A DNA stretch of 64,000 nt. Source: an uncultured Candidatus Saccharibacteria bacterium (GTDB lineage Bacteria; Patescibacteriota; Doudnabacteria; UBA920; O2-02-FULL-48-8). Below the pieces are notes generated by a model. The model was given only the letters and a program-made list of their open reading frames with translations, had not been told where the DNA came from and did no database searches. A program made the position numbers and the translations under genes. Of this stretch, positions 26,587 to 36,712 are shown one piece after another (within the stretch, counting starts at the first letter, position 1; the number at the start of each line of letters is the position of its first letter). The DNA lies in the NCBI GenBank assembly GCA_964405805.1, contig CAYOPE010000001.1, positions 4,898 to 68,897 of the forward strand. Reading direction: 5' to 3'.

Positions 26587-26650
26587 AGTTAAAAACCCCT
26601 CCCTGCCTGCCGGCAGGCAGGCTTTCAAGGAGGGGCAGGGGAGGTCTCTA
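26583..26650. repeat. gcagttaaa-CCCCTCC...AAGGAGGGG-N-AGGGGAGGT repeat, copy with internal palindrome insertion
   Basis: Related to 57604-57643; here interrupted by gcctgccggcaggc. Confidence 0.6.
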
Positions 26651-26833
26651 TGCCGCTTGGTCTAGGGGAGAATCTTCAAGCTGGGATTGGAGTTTTTCGT
26701 ATTCTAGATGTAGCTCTGCCAAATCTGCGCCGGTATTTTTTTCGCCTGCTTCAATACGAGAAATTTGCTGATGAAGCTCTTGCATTCTACTTTTTATTTG
26801 TTCGCGGTTGTAACCAATTTCAGGTGTAGCCAT
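26648..26833 (-). CDS. Possible small coiled-coil protein downstream of topA
   Basis: MATPEIGYNREQIKSRMQELHQQISRIEAGEK...; no clear RBS. Confidence 0.3.
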   Translation of the reverse strand: MATPEIGYNREQIKSRMQELHQQISRIEAGEKNTGADLAELHLEYEKLQSQLEDSPLDQAA

Positions 26834-26864
26834 GTTGTTTAGATTAATTATGTTTATTATATTC

Positions 26865-29096
26865 TTAAACTTTAGCTTCAGCAACCTCTCGCTCGTAGTC
26901 GCATTCTTTGTTACTGCACTTCAGTGTGCCGTTTTTGGTTTCCATGAGTAGGTCGCCGGACTTTGGGCACTTCTCACCAGTAGGCTTGCCATTCATGAGG
27001 AATTTACATTTCGGATACTTGGAACAAGAATAGAAAATGCCACGCTTGGATCGGCGTTCTACGAGTTCTCCTTCGCCGCAGGAAGGACAGGTAACTCCAG
27101 TTCCTTTTTGAATTTTTTTGATATTTTTACATTCTGGGTAACCGGAGCATCCGAGGAAAGATCCGAAACGTCCGAATTTGACCACCATGGGTCGGCCGCA
27201 GACATCGCAGATCTCGCCAGAGTTTTCGTCAATGATTTTCTGTTCTTCTGGCATGGGCCGAGTGTATTTGCACTCTGGATAATTGCTGCAAGCGATGAAT
27301 TTACCAAATCTACCGAATTTGATTTGCAACTGATGTCCTGAGAGCGGACATTTTTCGTCGAGAACTTCGACATGCTTTTCTACTTCTTTTTCTTTGGTCT
27401 TGAGATTGTCATGGAATGGGCCATAAAATTCGCGGATAACTGGTACCCACTTTTTATCGCCATTAGCAATTTCATCTAGCTGCTCTTCCATGCCTGCTGT
27501 AAATTGCAAATCCACAACTTTTGGGAAATGTTCGACTAAAATGTCATTGACGATAAAACCCATTTCAGTGGGATGGAATTTTTTATCAATTTTATTTACA
27601 TAATCGCGTTCTTGAATCGTGGTAATGGTTGGCGCGTAAGTAGAAGGACGACCGATACCATGTTCTTCCAGAGCTTTAATAAGTGAAGCATCAGTGTAGC
27701 GAGCTGGTGGCTGAGTGAAATGCTGCTTAGGAATAGTTTTGACGATTTTTGGCTTATCGCCTTTGGCTAATTCTGGCAGGAGTCCTTCCTCTTCAGCTTC
27801 TTCTTCATCAGTTCCTTCCAGATAAACTTTCATAAAGCCATCGAATTTGATGACTTGGCCTGTGGCGCGGAAAATATACTTTTTTGTTTGCCCTGGAATC
27901 TCGATGTCTACGCTTGTGGCATCAAAAACTGCTTCAGGCATTTGTGTGGCGATCGTGCGTTTCCAGATCAATTCATAAAGTCGCATCTGATTTTTGTCCA
28001 AATGCTCCTTCACGCTCTCTGGGTCGCGAGTCAGATCAGTTGGGCGCACAGCTTCGTGCGCTTCCTGCGCGTTTTTCTGCTTGGATGAGTATTTGCGAGG
28101 CTGGTCTAGTAAATATTCCTTACCATATTTTTCTAAAATCGCATCTTTGGCAGATCCCAGCGCTTGCTCCGAAAGATTAACTGAGTCCGTACGCATGTAA
28201 GTGATAAGCCCTGTTGACTCGCCATCACCCAGCTCCACGCCTTCGTAGAGCTGCTGGGCATACATCATGGTTTGCTTGGCAGAGAAGCCCAGTTTGCGTG
28301 CTGCTTCCTGCTGCAGAGTCGAGGTTGTGAAGGGAGCAGCTGGTGATCGGCGAACTTCTTTTTTCGTAACTTCTGTGACTTCTGCAGGTCTGTTGGCGAC
28401 GTCAGCAACGATTTTTTTTGCAGCTTCTTCGGTTTTGATAGCAAGCTTATCAACTGTTTTGCCATCAATTTTCGCCAGTCTGCCTAGGAAGTTTGAATCT
28501 TTATGAAAAGTAGTTTCAATGCTCCAGTATTCCTGGGGTTTGAATTTCTGAATTTCTCGCTCGCGTTCGACGATTAGTCGCACTGCCACTGATTGTACCC
28601 GACCAGCAGACAAGCCGCGTTTGACTTTTTTCCATAAGAAAGGCGAGAGCTCGTAGCCGACAAGTCTATCGAGCACGCGGCGGGCTTGCTGCGCATCTAC
28701 CAAATTGAGATCAAGCTCGCGCGGGTTTTCCAGAGCCTCTTGAATTGCAGTTTTCGTAATTTCGTGAAAAGCAATGCGTTTGAGTTCCTTTTTTTTCAAA
28801 TCCAAAGCAGAGATCAGGTGCCAGGCAATAGCCTCACCTTCGCGGTCCTCATCAGTTGCCAGAATTATCTCTGGTGCTTCTTTGGCAAGCTTCTTCAGTT
28901 CTGCCACTCGTTTCTTTGACTTCGGCGGTACTACATATGTCGGCTCGAAATCATGCTCAATATCTATGCCCATCTTGCTTGTCGGCAGGTCGCGGAGATG
29001 ACCGAAAGAAGCCTCGACTTTATACTTTCCATCGAGGAAGCGTGAGATAGTTTTGGCTTTAGTTGGAGACTCTACTATGACTAAAGATTTCGTCAT
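26865..29096 (-). CDS. topA: DNA topoisomerase I
   Basis: TOPRIM domain (IVESPTKAKTI), active-site region ...GLITYMRTDS... and four C-terminal C4 zinc ribbons. Confidence 0.95.
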   Translation of the reverse strand: MTKSLVIVESPTKAKTISRFLDGKYKVEASFGHLRDLPTSKMGIDIEHDFEPTYVVPPKSKKRVAELKKLAKEAPEIILATDEDREGEAIAWHLISALDLKKKELKRIAFHEITKTAIQEALENPRELDLNLVDAQQARRVLDRLVGYELSPFLWKKVKRGLSAGRVQSVAVRLIVEREREIQKFKPQEYWSIETTFHKDSNFLGRLAKIDGKTVDKLAIKTEEAAKKIVADVANRPAEVTEVTKKEVRRSPAAPFTTSTLQQEAARKLGFSAKQTMMYAQQLYEGVELGDGESTGLITYMRTDSVNLSEQALGSAKDAILEKYGKEYLLDQPRKYSSKQKNAQEAHEAVRPTDLTRDPESVKEHLDKNQMRLYELIWKRTIATQMPEAVFDATSVDIEIPGQTKKYIFRATGQVIKFDGFMKVYLEGTDEEEAEEEGLLPELAKGDKPKIVKTIPKQHFTQPPARYTDASLIKALEEHGIGRPSTYAPTITTIQERDYVNKIDKKFHPTEMGFIVNDILVEHFPKVVDLQFTAGMEEQLDEIANGDKKWVPVIREFYGPFHDNLKTKEKEVEKHVEVLDEKCPLSGHQLQIKFGRFGKFIACSNYPECKYTRPMPEEQKIIDENSGEICDVCGRPMVVKFGRFGSFLGCSGYPECKNIKKIQKGTGVTCPSCGEGELVERRSKRGIFYSCSKYPKCKFLMNGKPTGEKCPKSGDLLMETKNGTLKCSNKECDYEREVAEAKV

Positions 29097-29100
29097 AGTC

Positions 29101-30147
29101 CTAATTGTGATTGAAAATAATTGGATCTGTCAAGCCCATCTTCTTTAAAATCGCTGAAGTTTCATCAGGATTGGCCCATCGCGGGCAGCAGTAATCCTCA
29201 ATGATCACAGGCTTAAGCTCAATTTTTTGGATTTGATCTTTGTGATAACTTATTGAAAGCGTTAAACCCTCTTTTGTTTCCTGACTAAACATTTGGTCAA
29301 AGACAAAGTTACCGAGACTATAAAAAATCCATTTGCCTTGGTACTGCTCTACCGTCTGGATCCAGTGCGGATGCTCGCCGATGACCAGATCTGCCCCAGC
29401 ATCGATAGCGGTATGGGCAAATTTGATTTGCGCCTCAGTGGGCTTGCGAGTGTACTCAATGCCAGCGTGCATATTGACTATCACGATATTTGCGCCATGA
29501 CTTTTTAGCCCCAAAATATCTTGTTTCAGCTTTGATAGATCATTAAAGTTGCAAACTTCTGGGCTAGAACTTTTGCCACCATCATTGAGCGCTGTATAAG
29601 AGTAGGCGAGGAAACCGAATTTAGTATTATTTTTTGTGACGATTTGTCCATCATGACAGTCTGAGCCTGTGCCGATCGGCACAATGTTATTTTGGGCAAG
29701 TAAGTTTAGTGTAAAATCAATGCCTTTTTGGCCTTGGTCAAAAGCGTGATTGTTGGCAGTTGATAAAACATCCAGTCCGGCAAAGGTGAGACCTTGCACG
29801 GACTTAGGATCGGCATTGAAAACCAGGCTCCCGTCTACGAAGTGATGACCAGTATCATTAAATGGTGATTCGAGATTGGCAAAAGCAATGTCTGCGTTTT
29901 TAATAAAATCAGCAACTTTTTGAAACGGCAAAGTAAAGTCATTTGCTTCTGTCATTTTCCGGTCCACATTTCGAGAAAGCATGATGTCACCAGCGAAAAA
30001 CAAGGTTGTAGGTTTGAGGTTTGAGATGTGAGTAGTAGCGTGCCGATTCATCGGCTCACTGAGCTTGGATGGCATAAGAAAAAAGACACAAGCAGCAGCT
30101 GCAAGTAAAATAATTAAGACAAAAGTAATTCTAGCGGACTTTGACAT
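29101..30147 (-). CDS. CapA family protein (poly-gamma-glutamate synthesis / metallophosphatase-like)
   Basis: N-terminal TM, FAGDIMLSR...NLE...GEHPHW calcineurin-like motifs. Confidence 0.8.
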   Translation of the reverse strand: MSKSARITFVLIILLAAAACVFFLMPSKLSEPMNRHATTHISNLKPTTLFFAGDIMLSRNVDRKMTEANDFTLPFQKVADFIKNADIAFANLESPFNDTGHHFVDGSLVFNADPKSVQGLTFAGLDVLSTANNHAFDQGQKGIDFTLNLLAQNNIVPIGTGSDCHDGQIVTKNNTKFGFLAYSYTALNDGGKSSSPEVCNFNDLSKLKQDILGLKSHGANIVIVNMHAGIEYTRKPTEAQIKFAHTAIDAGADLVIGEHPHWIQTVEQYQGKWIFYSLGNFVFDQMFSQETKEGLTLSISYHKDQIQKIELKPVIIEDYCCPRWANPDETSAILKKMGLTDPIIFNHN

Positions 30148-31276
30148 AAATCCCTGCGCCTAAATTTTTCACGCGACCTTTCATCTCAAGCATGGTCAGA
30201 CTTGCATTCACAGTCTGCGCTGGCATGGAGACATTTTTAATCAGATCGTTAATGTGAATGCCGTCGCGATTGAGGTGAACTAAGATTTTTTCTTCTTCAG
30301 AAGTGGCCTCAGTGACTATTACCTGCTCAGTTTGAGCGGAATCAATATTTAATTCTTCTAGAATATCAAAAGCCGAATTGACTAGCTTAGCGCCTTTTTT
30401 GATGAGTTGATTGGTCCCTCTTGAGACTTCAGAAAAAATTGAACCTGGCACTGCAAACACTTCCCGATTTTGTTCGAGCGCAAAGTTTGCAGTAATCAGC
30501 GCTCCTGATTCAGCATCTGCTTCGATGACCAGAGTGCCAAGCGAGAGCCCTGAGATGATCCGGTTGCGGATCGGGAAGTTTTGCTTGATAGTACCAAAGC
30601 CCAGAGGGTATTCAGAGACCAGGCAGCCAGCTTCAATAATTTTTTGGGCAAGACTGTAGTTGGTGCGAGGAGAGATGCTGGCGTTGTCCAGGTCTGAAGC
30701 CAGGACTGCGATGGGCACTCCGTCATTTTCTACAGCAGAATTTAGTGCCACAGCATCTACTCCAAATGCAAGACCTGAAAAAATTGCCAAATTGCTATCC
30801 ACTAGGCCGGTCACAATCTCTTCTGTGGCCTGTTTTCCGTAATTCGTCATCTTGCGAGTGCCGACCACTCCAATGCCGAGTTTGTTAAGGGCCTTTTTGT
30901 CTCCTCTTATATATAATAGTGGGGGAGCAGCATGGATTTCTTTCAGTAGTTTGGGATATGTGCTTTCAGAAAAGAGGATTGTCTCGATCTGGCGCCGCGC
31001 CAGCTCGGCAAAAGATTGCTCTGGCTTGATTTTCGGTTTATTTGCTATAATTTGGTTAATAGTTTTTGCAGCTAGTCCGGCATCTATGTATTGGCCATCA
31101 CGGCCGATCCAAGCCTGATAAAAGCTGCCGAAATGATTAAACAGTTTCTGCATGCTCATAGCGCCGATCTCTGGAATGAGGTTGAAAGCGTTAGCAAAAA
31201 TTTTATCTTCTAGGTTCATATGTGTGAGGCCTGCCTCTACCTGTCGGTAGACAGGTGCCGGCAGGCAGGTTGACAT
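30131..31276 (-). CDS. dprA: DNA processing protein DprA (Smf)
   Basis: Rossmann-like core GIGVVGTRK...GVDAVALNSA... and a C-terminal winged helix. The dprA-topA linkage is conserved in many bacteria. Confidence 0.88.
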   Translation of the reverse strand: MSTCLPAPVYRQVEAGLTHMNLEDKIFANAFNLIPEIGAMSMQKLFNHFGSFYQAWIGRDGQYIDAGLAAKTINQIIANKPKIKPEQSFAELARRQIETILFSESTYPKLLKEIHAAPPLLYIRGDKKALNKLGIGVVGTRKMTNYGKQATEEIVTGLVDSNLAIFSGLAFGVDAVALNSAVENDGVPIAVLASDLDNASISPRTNYSLAQKIIEAGCLVSEYPLGFGTIKQNFPIRNRIISGLSLGTLVIEADAESGALITANFALEQNREVFAVPGSIFSEVSRGTNQLIKKGAKLVNSAFDILEELNIDSAQTEQVIVTEATSEEEKILVHLNRDGIHINDLIKNVSMPAQTVNASLTMLEMKGRVKNLGAGIYVKVR

Positions 31277-31504
31277 GGGGAGGTTTTTTTGTTAGAATTC
31301 AGAGTTCTTTACCAAATCATAGCATGTTTAGTGTTCTTGATCCTACCTGCAAGCGGCGAAAGTAGACAGCATCCCTCCTATTGTCTGCAAGTAACCACAA
31401 GTTGAGGCTGAAACGGTTTTCCGTTTTTGGTCTAGCGCTTCGTAGGTAGGGTTAAGATCGTTAAGAATTTTGCGGAGGAAACTTTTTTACCCATGGAGGT
31501 GGGT

Positions 31505-31726
31505 ATGGCCAAGGACGGCCCGTCGATTGGAAAAATGGCAGCATCGGCTCTGTGTCTCGCCATCTTCGTTTCTGCGACTGTGCGCGTCGTGGACAACCCG
31601 GCGATCAAGGAAGTGGTTTTTCACTCGGTGAAGCTGGCTCTGATCGGAGTCGGCCTGCTGAGCACTCTTGCCACTTGTTTTGTGGCCGTGGTGCTGGGTT
31701 GGCACTGGAACTCTGAAAGGAATTAG
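31505..31726 (+). CDS. Small two-TM hypothetical protein (GC-rich island)
   Basis: ATG 5 nt after GGAGGTG. MAKDGPSIGKMAASALCLAIFV...GVGLLSTLATCFVAVVLGW. Confidence 0.35.
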   Translation: MAKDGPSIGKMAASALCLAIFVSATVRVVDNPAIKEVVFHSVKLALIGVGLLSTLATCFVAVVLGWHWNSERN

Positions 31727-32019
31727 GAAATGGCAGAAAACCAATCCGACCTCAAGGTCGGTTCGCGGATAGATCCTGAAGTTGGAAGCTCCGGAGGTAC
31801 CGGAGCGCAGCATCGCGGACAACTAAATACGGAGTCGTCGGAATGATCACAAGAGGTCCTCGTCTCGTGAAGAGAAGCGAAGAGTCATCGCATCCTGCCG
31901 CGGCCCAGCAATCCATGCTCGCCGCACCCAACCCCGTTGAACCCCCGCAAGCCCTAACCCCGAAGACAGCGCAGGAAGCGAGAGTCGCTTTCGCGCAGCT
32001 GTTCAAATAGAGGTGAACC

Positions 32020-32238
32020 ATGATTGGAACACACTCTATTCGGGAAATCCCCAGACTCAAGCCGTTGGCTTCGGATTCTCCAATCCGGCTCCTCGAGAGC
32101 GACAAGCGGCTTACGATAAAGGAAGTCGACCATCTGATCGGCATTCTGCGGACAATGTCCGAGGCCGAGCTGCGACAAGTCCTACTCGTGTGTGAGCAGC
32201 GACTGGCCGCGGTGACTGGCACGAAGTTCCAGTCATAG
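32020..32238 (+). CDS. Small hypothetical protein (GC-rich island)
   Basis: RBS AGAGGTGA precedes ATG; 72 aa. Confidence 0.35.
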   Translation: MIGTHSIREIPRLKPLASDSPIRLLESDKRLTIKEVDHLIGILRTMSEAELRQVLLVCEQRLAAVTGTKFQS

Positions 32239-32594
32239 GCGGATCATGGCAATCAGAGAAGAGAAACGGAGATCGGATGGTTCGCTTCGCTCATCGATCG
32301 GTAGGCATAGAGCGAAGAGGCTGACCAATCTTCGAAAAACAGGCAACCGCGTTCCGGAGAAGAAGCCGCCATGGCTCGAGCGGCCGTACCAAACACCAGC
32401 CTTCGAGCCGCCTCGGCAGATCCTCCGTACAGACGACTGAAGACCACCTCCCACCCGCCCCGCACCCAGCCGGGGCAAGTACCGTCGAGACCGACGCACC
32501 TGCGTCAATCGACTGGTAGGCCGCAAGGCCACAAGAATTTGAAAAGACCCAGCGTTCGTATGCACGACGTTGGGTCTTTCTCATTTATAAATGC

Positions 32595-33134
32595 TTATCC
32601 GTTGAACTTTGACTGCGCAATGTCTAGTCCTTCAGTTTGGAGGATTTCGATAGCGGCTTTGGTTTTTTCGAGAACTTCTTTGACGATTTGTTCTTCGTCT
32701 GAAGAAAATTTTTGTAATACATAAGCATCGCCAGGCATTTGTCCACGCGTTTGAGGATTGTCGATCCCAAGTCTGATGCGGATGAAATCTTGAGTGCCTA
32801 ATTCATCAATTACTGATTGCACCCCGTTGTGGCCTGCGCCTGAAGCACTTTTTTGAATCCGGATAGCTGCAAGTGGCAGATCCAACTCATCATGAACTAC
32901 CACTAGCTCTGCGTCTGGATAAAATTTCAGAATTTCTTTCACAGCCTCACCTGATTTGTTCATAAAAGTTTGTGGTCTGGCTAAAATCACATCATCAAGC
33001 TTGATAAATTCACAATTATATTTGTTTTCCCACTTTTCGCCATTGGCCAGCAAGTCTAAACAGCGAAAACCCAGATTGTGTCTGGTGTTTTCGTATTGTT
33101 TTCCGGGATTACCAAGGCCTACTATGAGCATCAT
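32595..33134 (-). CDS. pth: Peptidyl-tRNA hydrolase
   Basis: MMLIVGLGNPGKQYENTRHNLGF... is a canonical Pth N-terminus. Confidence 0.9.
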   Translation of the reverse strand: MMLIVGLGNPGKQYENTRHNLGFRCLDLLANGEKWENKYNCEFIKLDDVILARPQTFMNKSGEAVKEILKFYPDAELVVVHDELDLPLAAIRIQKSASGAGHNGVQSVIDELGTQDFIRIRLGIDNPQTRGQMPGDAYVLQKFSSDEEQIVKEVLEKTKAAIEILQTEGLDIAQSKFNG

Positions 33135-34450
33135 ACTTTTCTAGCATATTTAATTTGTATGGGCGTGCCTTCAAAACCAAATTTGAGGCGGAATTGTTTT
33201 TCAAACCACTTTTTCCATGCCTCAGCGATGGCGGCTGGAAAATTTACGGTCATTTTAAAAGTCGGAGGGTTAGTCGCAATTTGTTTTAGGTTATAAATTT
33301 TTGGAGCTCTTTGGTCCTCAATCTTACCAGGCATGTGCTCAGTGATAATTTTTTCCAAAAATTGATCAAGGTCATCCTGGTCAGCTTGTTTTTGTGCCGC
33401 TTGCGCGGCACCCTGAGCAAATTTTAGCAGTAAATCCAGACCTTGAGAAGTCTTTGCTGAAGTAAACAGCACTGGCACAAACCACATTTGAGGCAGATAG
33501 TCGGGCAGGACATCGAGTAAGCGATCTTGATCGTCTTTTTTGACCTGATCGATTTTGTTTAGAAGTATAACCACTGCTTTACCAGCTTCGAGGATAGCTC
33601 TGGCAATGGTTTGATCCTGCACTGTGATCTCAGAAGTGGCATCAAGTACAAACAGGGCTACATCAGTTTGACTAATTGTCCTAATCGACTGGAAAGCAGC
33701 TGCGGCTTCCACATCGCTGTCCTGATCCCATTTCTTTTTGATACCAGCGGTATCGAGTAAAATAAATTTTTGTCCATTTGACTCGAAAGGAACCTCAACT
33801 GTTGATCTCGTGGTTCCGGCTTTGTCATGCACCAGGAGCCGTTCTTGTTTGAGCAGAGCATTGATCAGGGATGATTTGCCCACATTTGGTTTACCGACAA
33901 AGGCAATTTTAAGCCCTTGTTCGTTAGGTTTGAGGTTTGAGGTTTGAGGTTTGAGCCGCTTGACCACTTCGTCCAGGATGTCGCCAATGCCTGAGCCGTT
34001 GATGGAAGACATGAGATAAGGCTTGCCAAGGCCCAGTTTTTGGTATGCTTCACCAGCACTCAGTGTTTTGGCATTGCGCGTATCAATTTTATTTACTCCC
34101 AAAACCACTGGTTTGCCACTTTGCGAAAGTTGGGAAGCGATCTGCAGATCTTTGGAACTCGGTATAGTCTGACCATCAACGAGTAATAGGATGAGATCTG
34201 CTTCTTCTTTGGCGATCGCCGTTTGCTTCTGAACATTTTTCTCTAGTTCTGAGTCAGGACGATGGACAATTCCTGCTGTGTCGATGAGATAGAATGATAA
34301 ATCGTTCCAAGCAGTCAGCCCATACGCTCGATCTCTGGTTGTGCCGGCTTCCGGATATGTTAAAGCAGTCCTTCTTTCTAGGACTTTGTTAAAAAAAGTC
34401 GATTTGCCAGAATTGGGAAGCCCGATGATGGCGACGAGTGGAATTTTCAT
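33131..34450 (-). CDS. der: Ribosome-associated GTPase Der/EngA (tandem GTPase domains + KH-like)
   Basis: Two G1 motifs GLPNSGKST and GKPNVGKSS with DTAG motifs. Linker carries the gtttgagg x3 repeat. Confidence 0.9.
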   Translation of the reverse strand: MKIPLVAIIGLPNSGKSTFFNKVLERRTALTYPEAGTTRDRAYGLTAWNDLSFYLIDTAGIVHRPDSELEKNVQKQTAIAKEEADLILLLVDGQTIPSSKDLQIASQLSQSGKPVVLGVNKIDTRNAKTLSAGEAYQKLGLGKPYLMSSINGSGIGDILDEVVKRLKPQTSNLKPNEQGLKIAFVGKPNVGKSSLINALLKQERLLVHDKAGTTRSTVEVPFESNGQKFILLDTAGIKKKWDQDSDVEAAAAFQSIRTISQTDVALFVLDATSEITVQDQTIARAILEAGKAVVILLNKIDQVKKDDQDRLLDVLPDYLPQMWFVPVLFTSAKTSQGLDLLLKFAQGAAQAAQKQADQDDLDQFLEKIITEHMPGKIEDQRAPKIYNLKQIATNPPTFKMTVNFPAAIAEAWKKWFEKQFRLKFGFEGTPIQIKYARKV

Positions 34451-35847
34451 AATGCGTCTTTACCAAGTATGATTACAAAGTCAGCAAAGGAGCCAGAGTA
34501 CGGCACGTCTGAGACAGTGAAGTTATAATGAGACTTTAAATAATCCAAAGTTTTAGGTTTGGTGCCGTGAGAATTGTCATAAAGAATCGTTTGGCTATAG
34601 GGCACTTTGCCTTTGAAGCTCGTGAAATTCACAGTCAGACCAAGCTCTGAAAGTTTACTGAAAGTCGTGGCAGCCAGTCCGGTTTTGCTCGTGGAATTCT
34701 GTGCTTCGATGTCTGCATTTTCTTTTTTCAGTTTCGCCAGCTCAGGGGCCTTTACTAGAAATTCGTGGATATCGGTCAAGGTTTTTCCTTCACAAGGCTC
34801 AACTACATACATGCGTGTAGGTTCTTCTGATAAAGCAGGTTCTGCGACTTTAGTGGCAGTCGTGGCATGAGTTTGTAGATCGACTAAGCCTGCACAAATC
34901 AGATCATCTTGCGGCTCTAGCGAAAAAGAATAGATATTGTCACTACTGATCTGTTTGGCCAAATCAGCAAGCCTTTTGAGTTCATAAGGCTCAAGATTGG
35001 TTCGGAAATTTTCCGTAAAATCTTTGAGAAGATTATTAATCGTGGAAAGGCCGGTAAGATTTAGTTGTAGGATCTTGTTTTTCATAGCTACCAAGATTTT
35101 TTTCTGGCGCTCTGAGCGAGCAAAGTCTGATCCTTCGTTGTTTTCTTCAGAATGCCTGCTACGAGCAAAGATCAGAGCGGTCTTTCCGTCCATGTGCTGC
35201 GGGCCTTTCACAAATGTCACAGGCGCGAGATAACCAGTTGTATCATATGGATAGTCATTAGGGAAGGTCGCATCAGTAAAACTTCTATCTACTGTCACAT
35301 CCACACCGCCTAGATCGTTTACTGCTTGGACGAATCCTCTAAAGTCAATCACGGCATAATATGGAATCCGTAAGCCAGTAATTTTTTCTGCTACATCAAT
35401 CGCTGCATCTCCTGCAGTATTCGGATCATCGCGGAAGGCATAAGCGTAGGCAGCGTTAACTTTGTTGTACCCGTATTTGGGTAGCTCCAAGGCAAAGTCT
35501 CTTGGGATTGAAATTAATGTTACTTCATTTGATTTAGTATCAATACTTGCGACAATCATAGTGTCGGTGAGATGCTCACCCTGATGACCCGCCCCACCGA
35601 TACCAAGCAGTAGAACATTGACAGTGCCCTGAGATTCACCCACTAATTCTTTATCTGAACTTAAAAACAAGCTGCTTACACGAGTGAAGATATTTCCATT
35701 TTTACCAGTGAAAATTTTGTTGGTTCTACCGATCATGTTTAAAACGAACCAGGCGCCCATGCCAAGAACTAATAAAACTAGAGTTACTAGAATAACTTTT
35801 TTTTCGCATAGCCTACTAATTATACGTTTTTTAGCCCTTGTTTTCAA
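34447..35847 (-). CDS. LytR-CpsA-Psr (LCP) family cell-envelope protein
   Basis: N-terminal TM, then NVLLLGIGGAGHQGEHLTDTMIVASID...TLISIPRD LCP catalytic region. Confidence 0.85.
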   Translation of the reverse strand: MKTRAKKRIISRLCEKKVILVTLVLLVLGMGAWFVLNMIGRTNKIFTGKNGNIFTRVSSLFLSSDKELVGESQGTVNVLLLGIGGAGHQGEHLTDTMIVASIDTKSNEVTLISIPRDFALELPKYGYNKVNAAYAYAFRDDPNTAGDAAIDVAEKITGLRIPYYAVIDFRGFVQAVNDLGGVDVTVDRSFTDATFPNDYPYDTTGYLAPVTFVKGPQHMDGKTALIFARSRHSEENNEGSDFARSERQKKILVAMKNKILQLNLTGLSTINNLLKDFTENFRTNLEPYELKRLADLAKQISSDNIYSFSLEPQDDLICAGLVDLQTHATTATKVAEPALSEEPTRMYVVEPCEGKTLTDIHEFLVKAPELAKLKKENADIEAQNSTSKTGLAATTFSKLSELGLTVNFTSFKGKVPYSQTILYDNSHGTKPKTLDYLKSHYNFTVSDVPYSGSFADFVIILGKDAL

Positions 35848-35882
35848 TCCCGGATATCTGTTAAGCTAGTAAAGCACTTAAA

Positions 35883-35957
35883 AGGGCGGTTAGCTCAGCG
35901 GTAGAGCATTGCATTCACATTGCAGGGGCCACAGGTTCGAATCCTGTACCGCCCACC
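35883..35957 (+). tRNA. tRNA-Val (anticodon CAC as read)
   Basis: 75-nt cloverleaf: acceptor GGGCGGT/ACCGCCC, anticodon stem TTGCA/TGCAG with loop UUCACAU, T-loop TTCGAAT, 3' CCA. Confidence 0.8.
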
Positions 35958-35969
35958 AGGGAAATTTCT

Positions 35970-36599
35970 ATGATTGAACCAGAAAATCAAGATCGAAGTA
36001 ATAATGTTTTTGGAGGCTTTGCCTCAGGATTGCTTTTGCTTTGGGATTTTTTGAAAATTGTGATAATTGCCCTAGTTATCATCGTCCCGATTCGGTACTT
36101 TGTATTCCAGCCTTTCATCGTTTCTGGCTCTTCCATGGAACCCAATTTTCAAAACGGCCAATACCTGATTATCGATGAATTAACTTATAATTTTAAACAG
36201 CCGCAACGAGGACAGGTTGTGGTCATGCATTATCCACGTAACCCGAAAGAATTTTTTATCAAACGAATCGTCGGTTTACCTGGTGAGAAAATTCAGATTG
36301 ATAATGGCAAGGTTACAATTTATAACGATGAACATCCCCAAGGTGTTATCATTAGCGAGCCTTACCTACCAAATCAAGGTTTGACTTTTCCGCAAGATAC
36401 TTCAGTAGTGGGAGGAAATAAAATTTTGACTTTGGGATCGGACGAGTATTTTATGTTAGGCGACAACAGGCTTGCTTCTTCTGACTCCCGGACCTGGGGT
36501 GTTCTGGCGCGAAAGTATATGGTTGGAAGAGTTTGGCTAAGAGTTCTGCCAATTAGTGAATTTGGAGTGTTTAATCATTTACCAGCTTATAGCTTTTAG
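35970..36599 (+). CDS. lepB: Signal peptidase I
   Basis: S26 motifs VSGSSMEPN (Ser box), KRIVGLPGE (Lys box) and GDNRLASSDSR. Confidence 0.85.
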   Translation: MIEPENQDRSNNVFGGFASGLLLLWDFLKIVIIALVIIVPIRYFVFQPFIVSGSSMEPNFQNGQYLIIDELTYNFKQPQRGQVVVMHYPRNPKEFFIKRIVGLPGEKIQIDNGKVTIYNDEHPQGVIISEPYLPNQGLTFPQDTSVVGGNKILTLGSDEYFMLGDNRLASSDSRTWGVLARKYMVGRVWLRVLPISEFGVFNHLPAYSF

Positions 36600-36712
36600 T
36601 ATTAATAACGAAAAAAATTAGGTGCGCAGGTTGAATCCAGGGTTATATCAAGCAGTCCTCAACCGAGCACGAATTTTTTTCGAGAGGAGTAATAAGTCGA
36701 CCATAGCGTATT

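Noticed and set aside
26293-26628. Minus-strand 111-aa ORF over the repeat cluster downstream of dus
   Set aside because: Composed almost entirely of translated palindromic repeats; no RBS.
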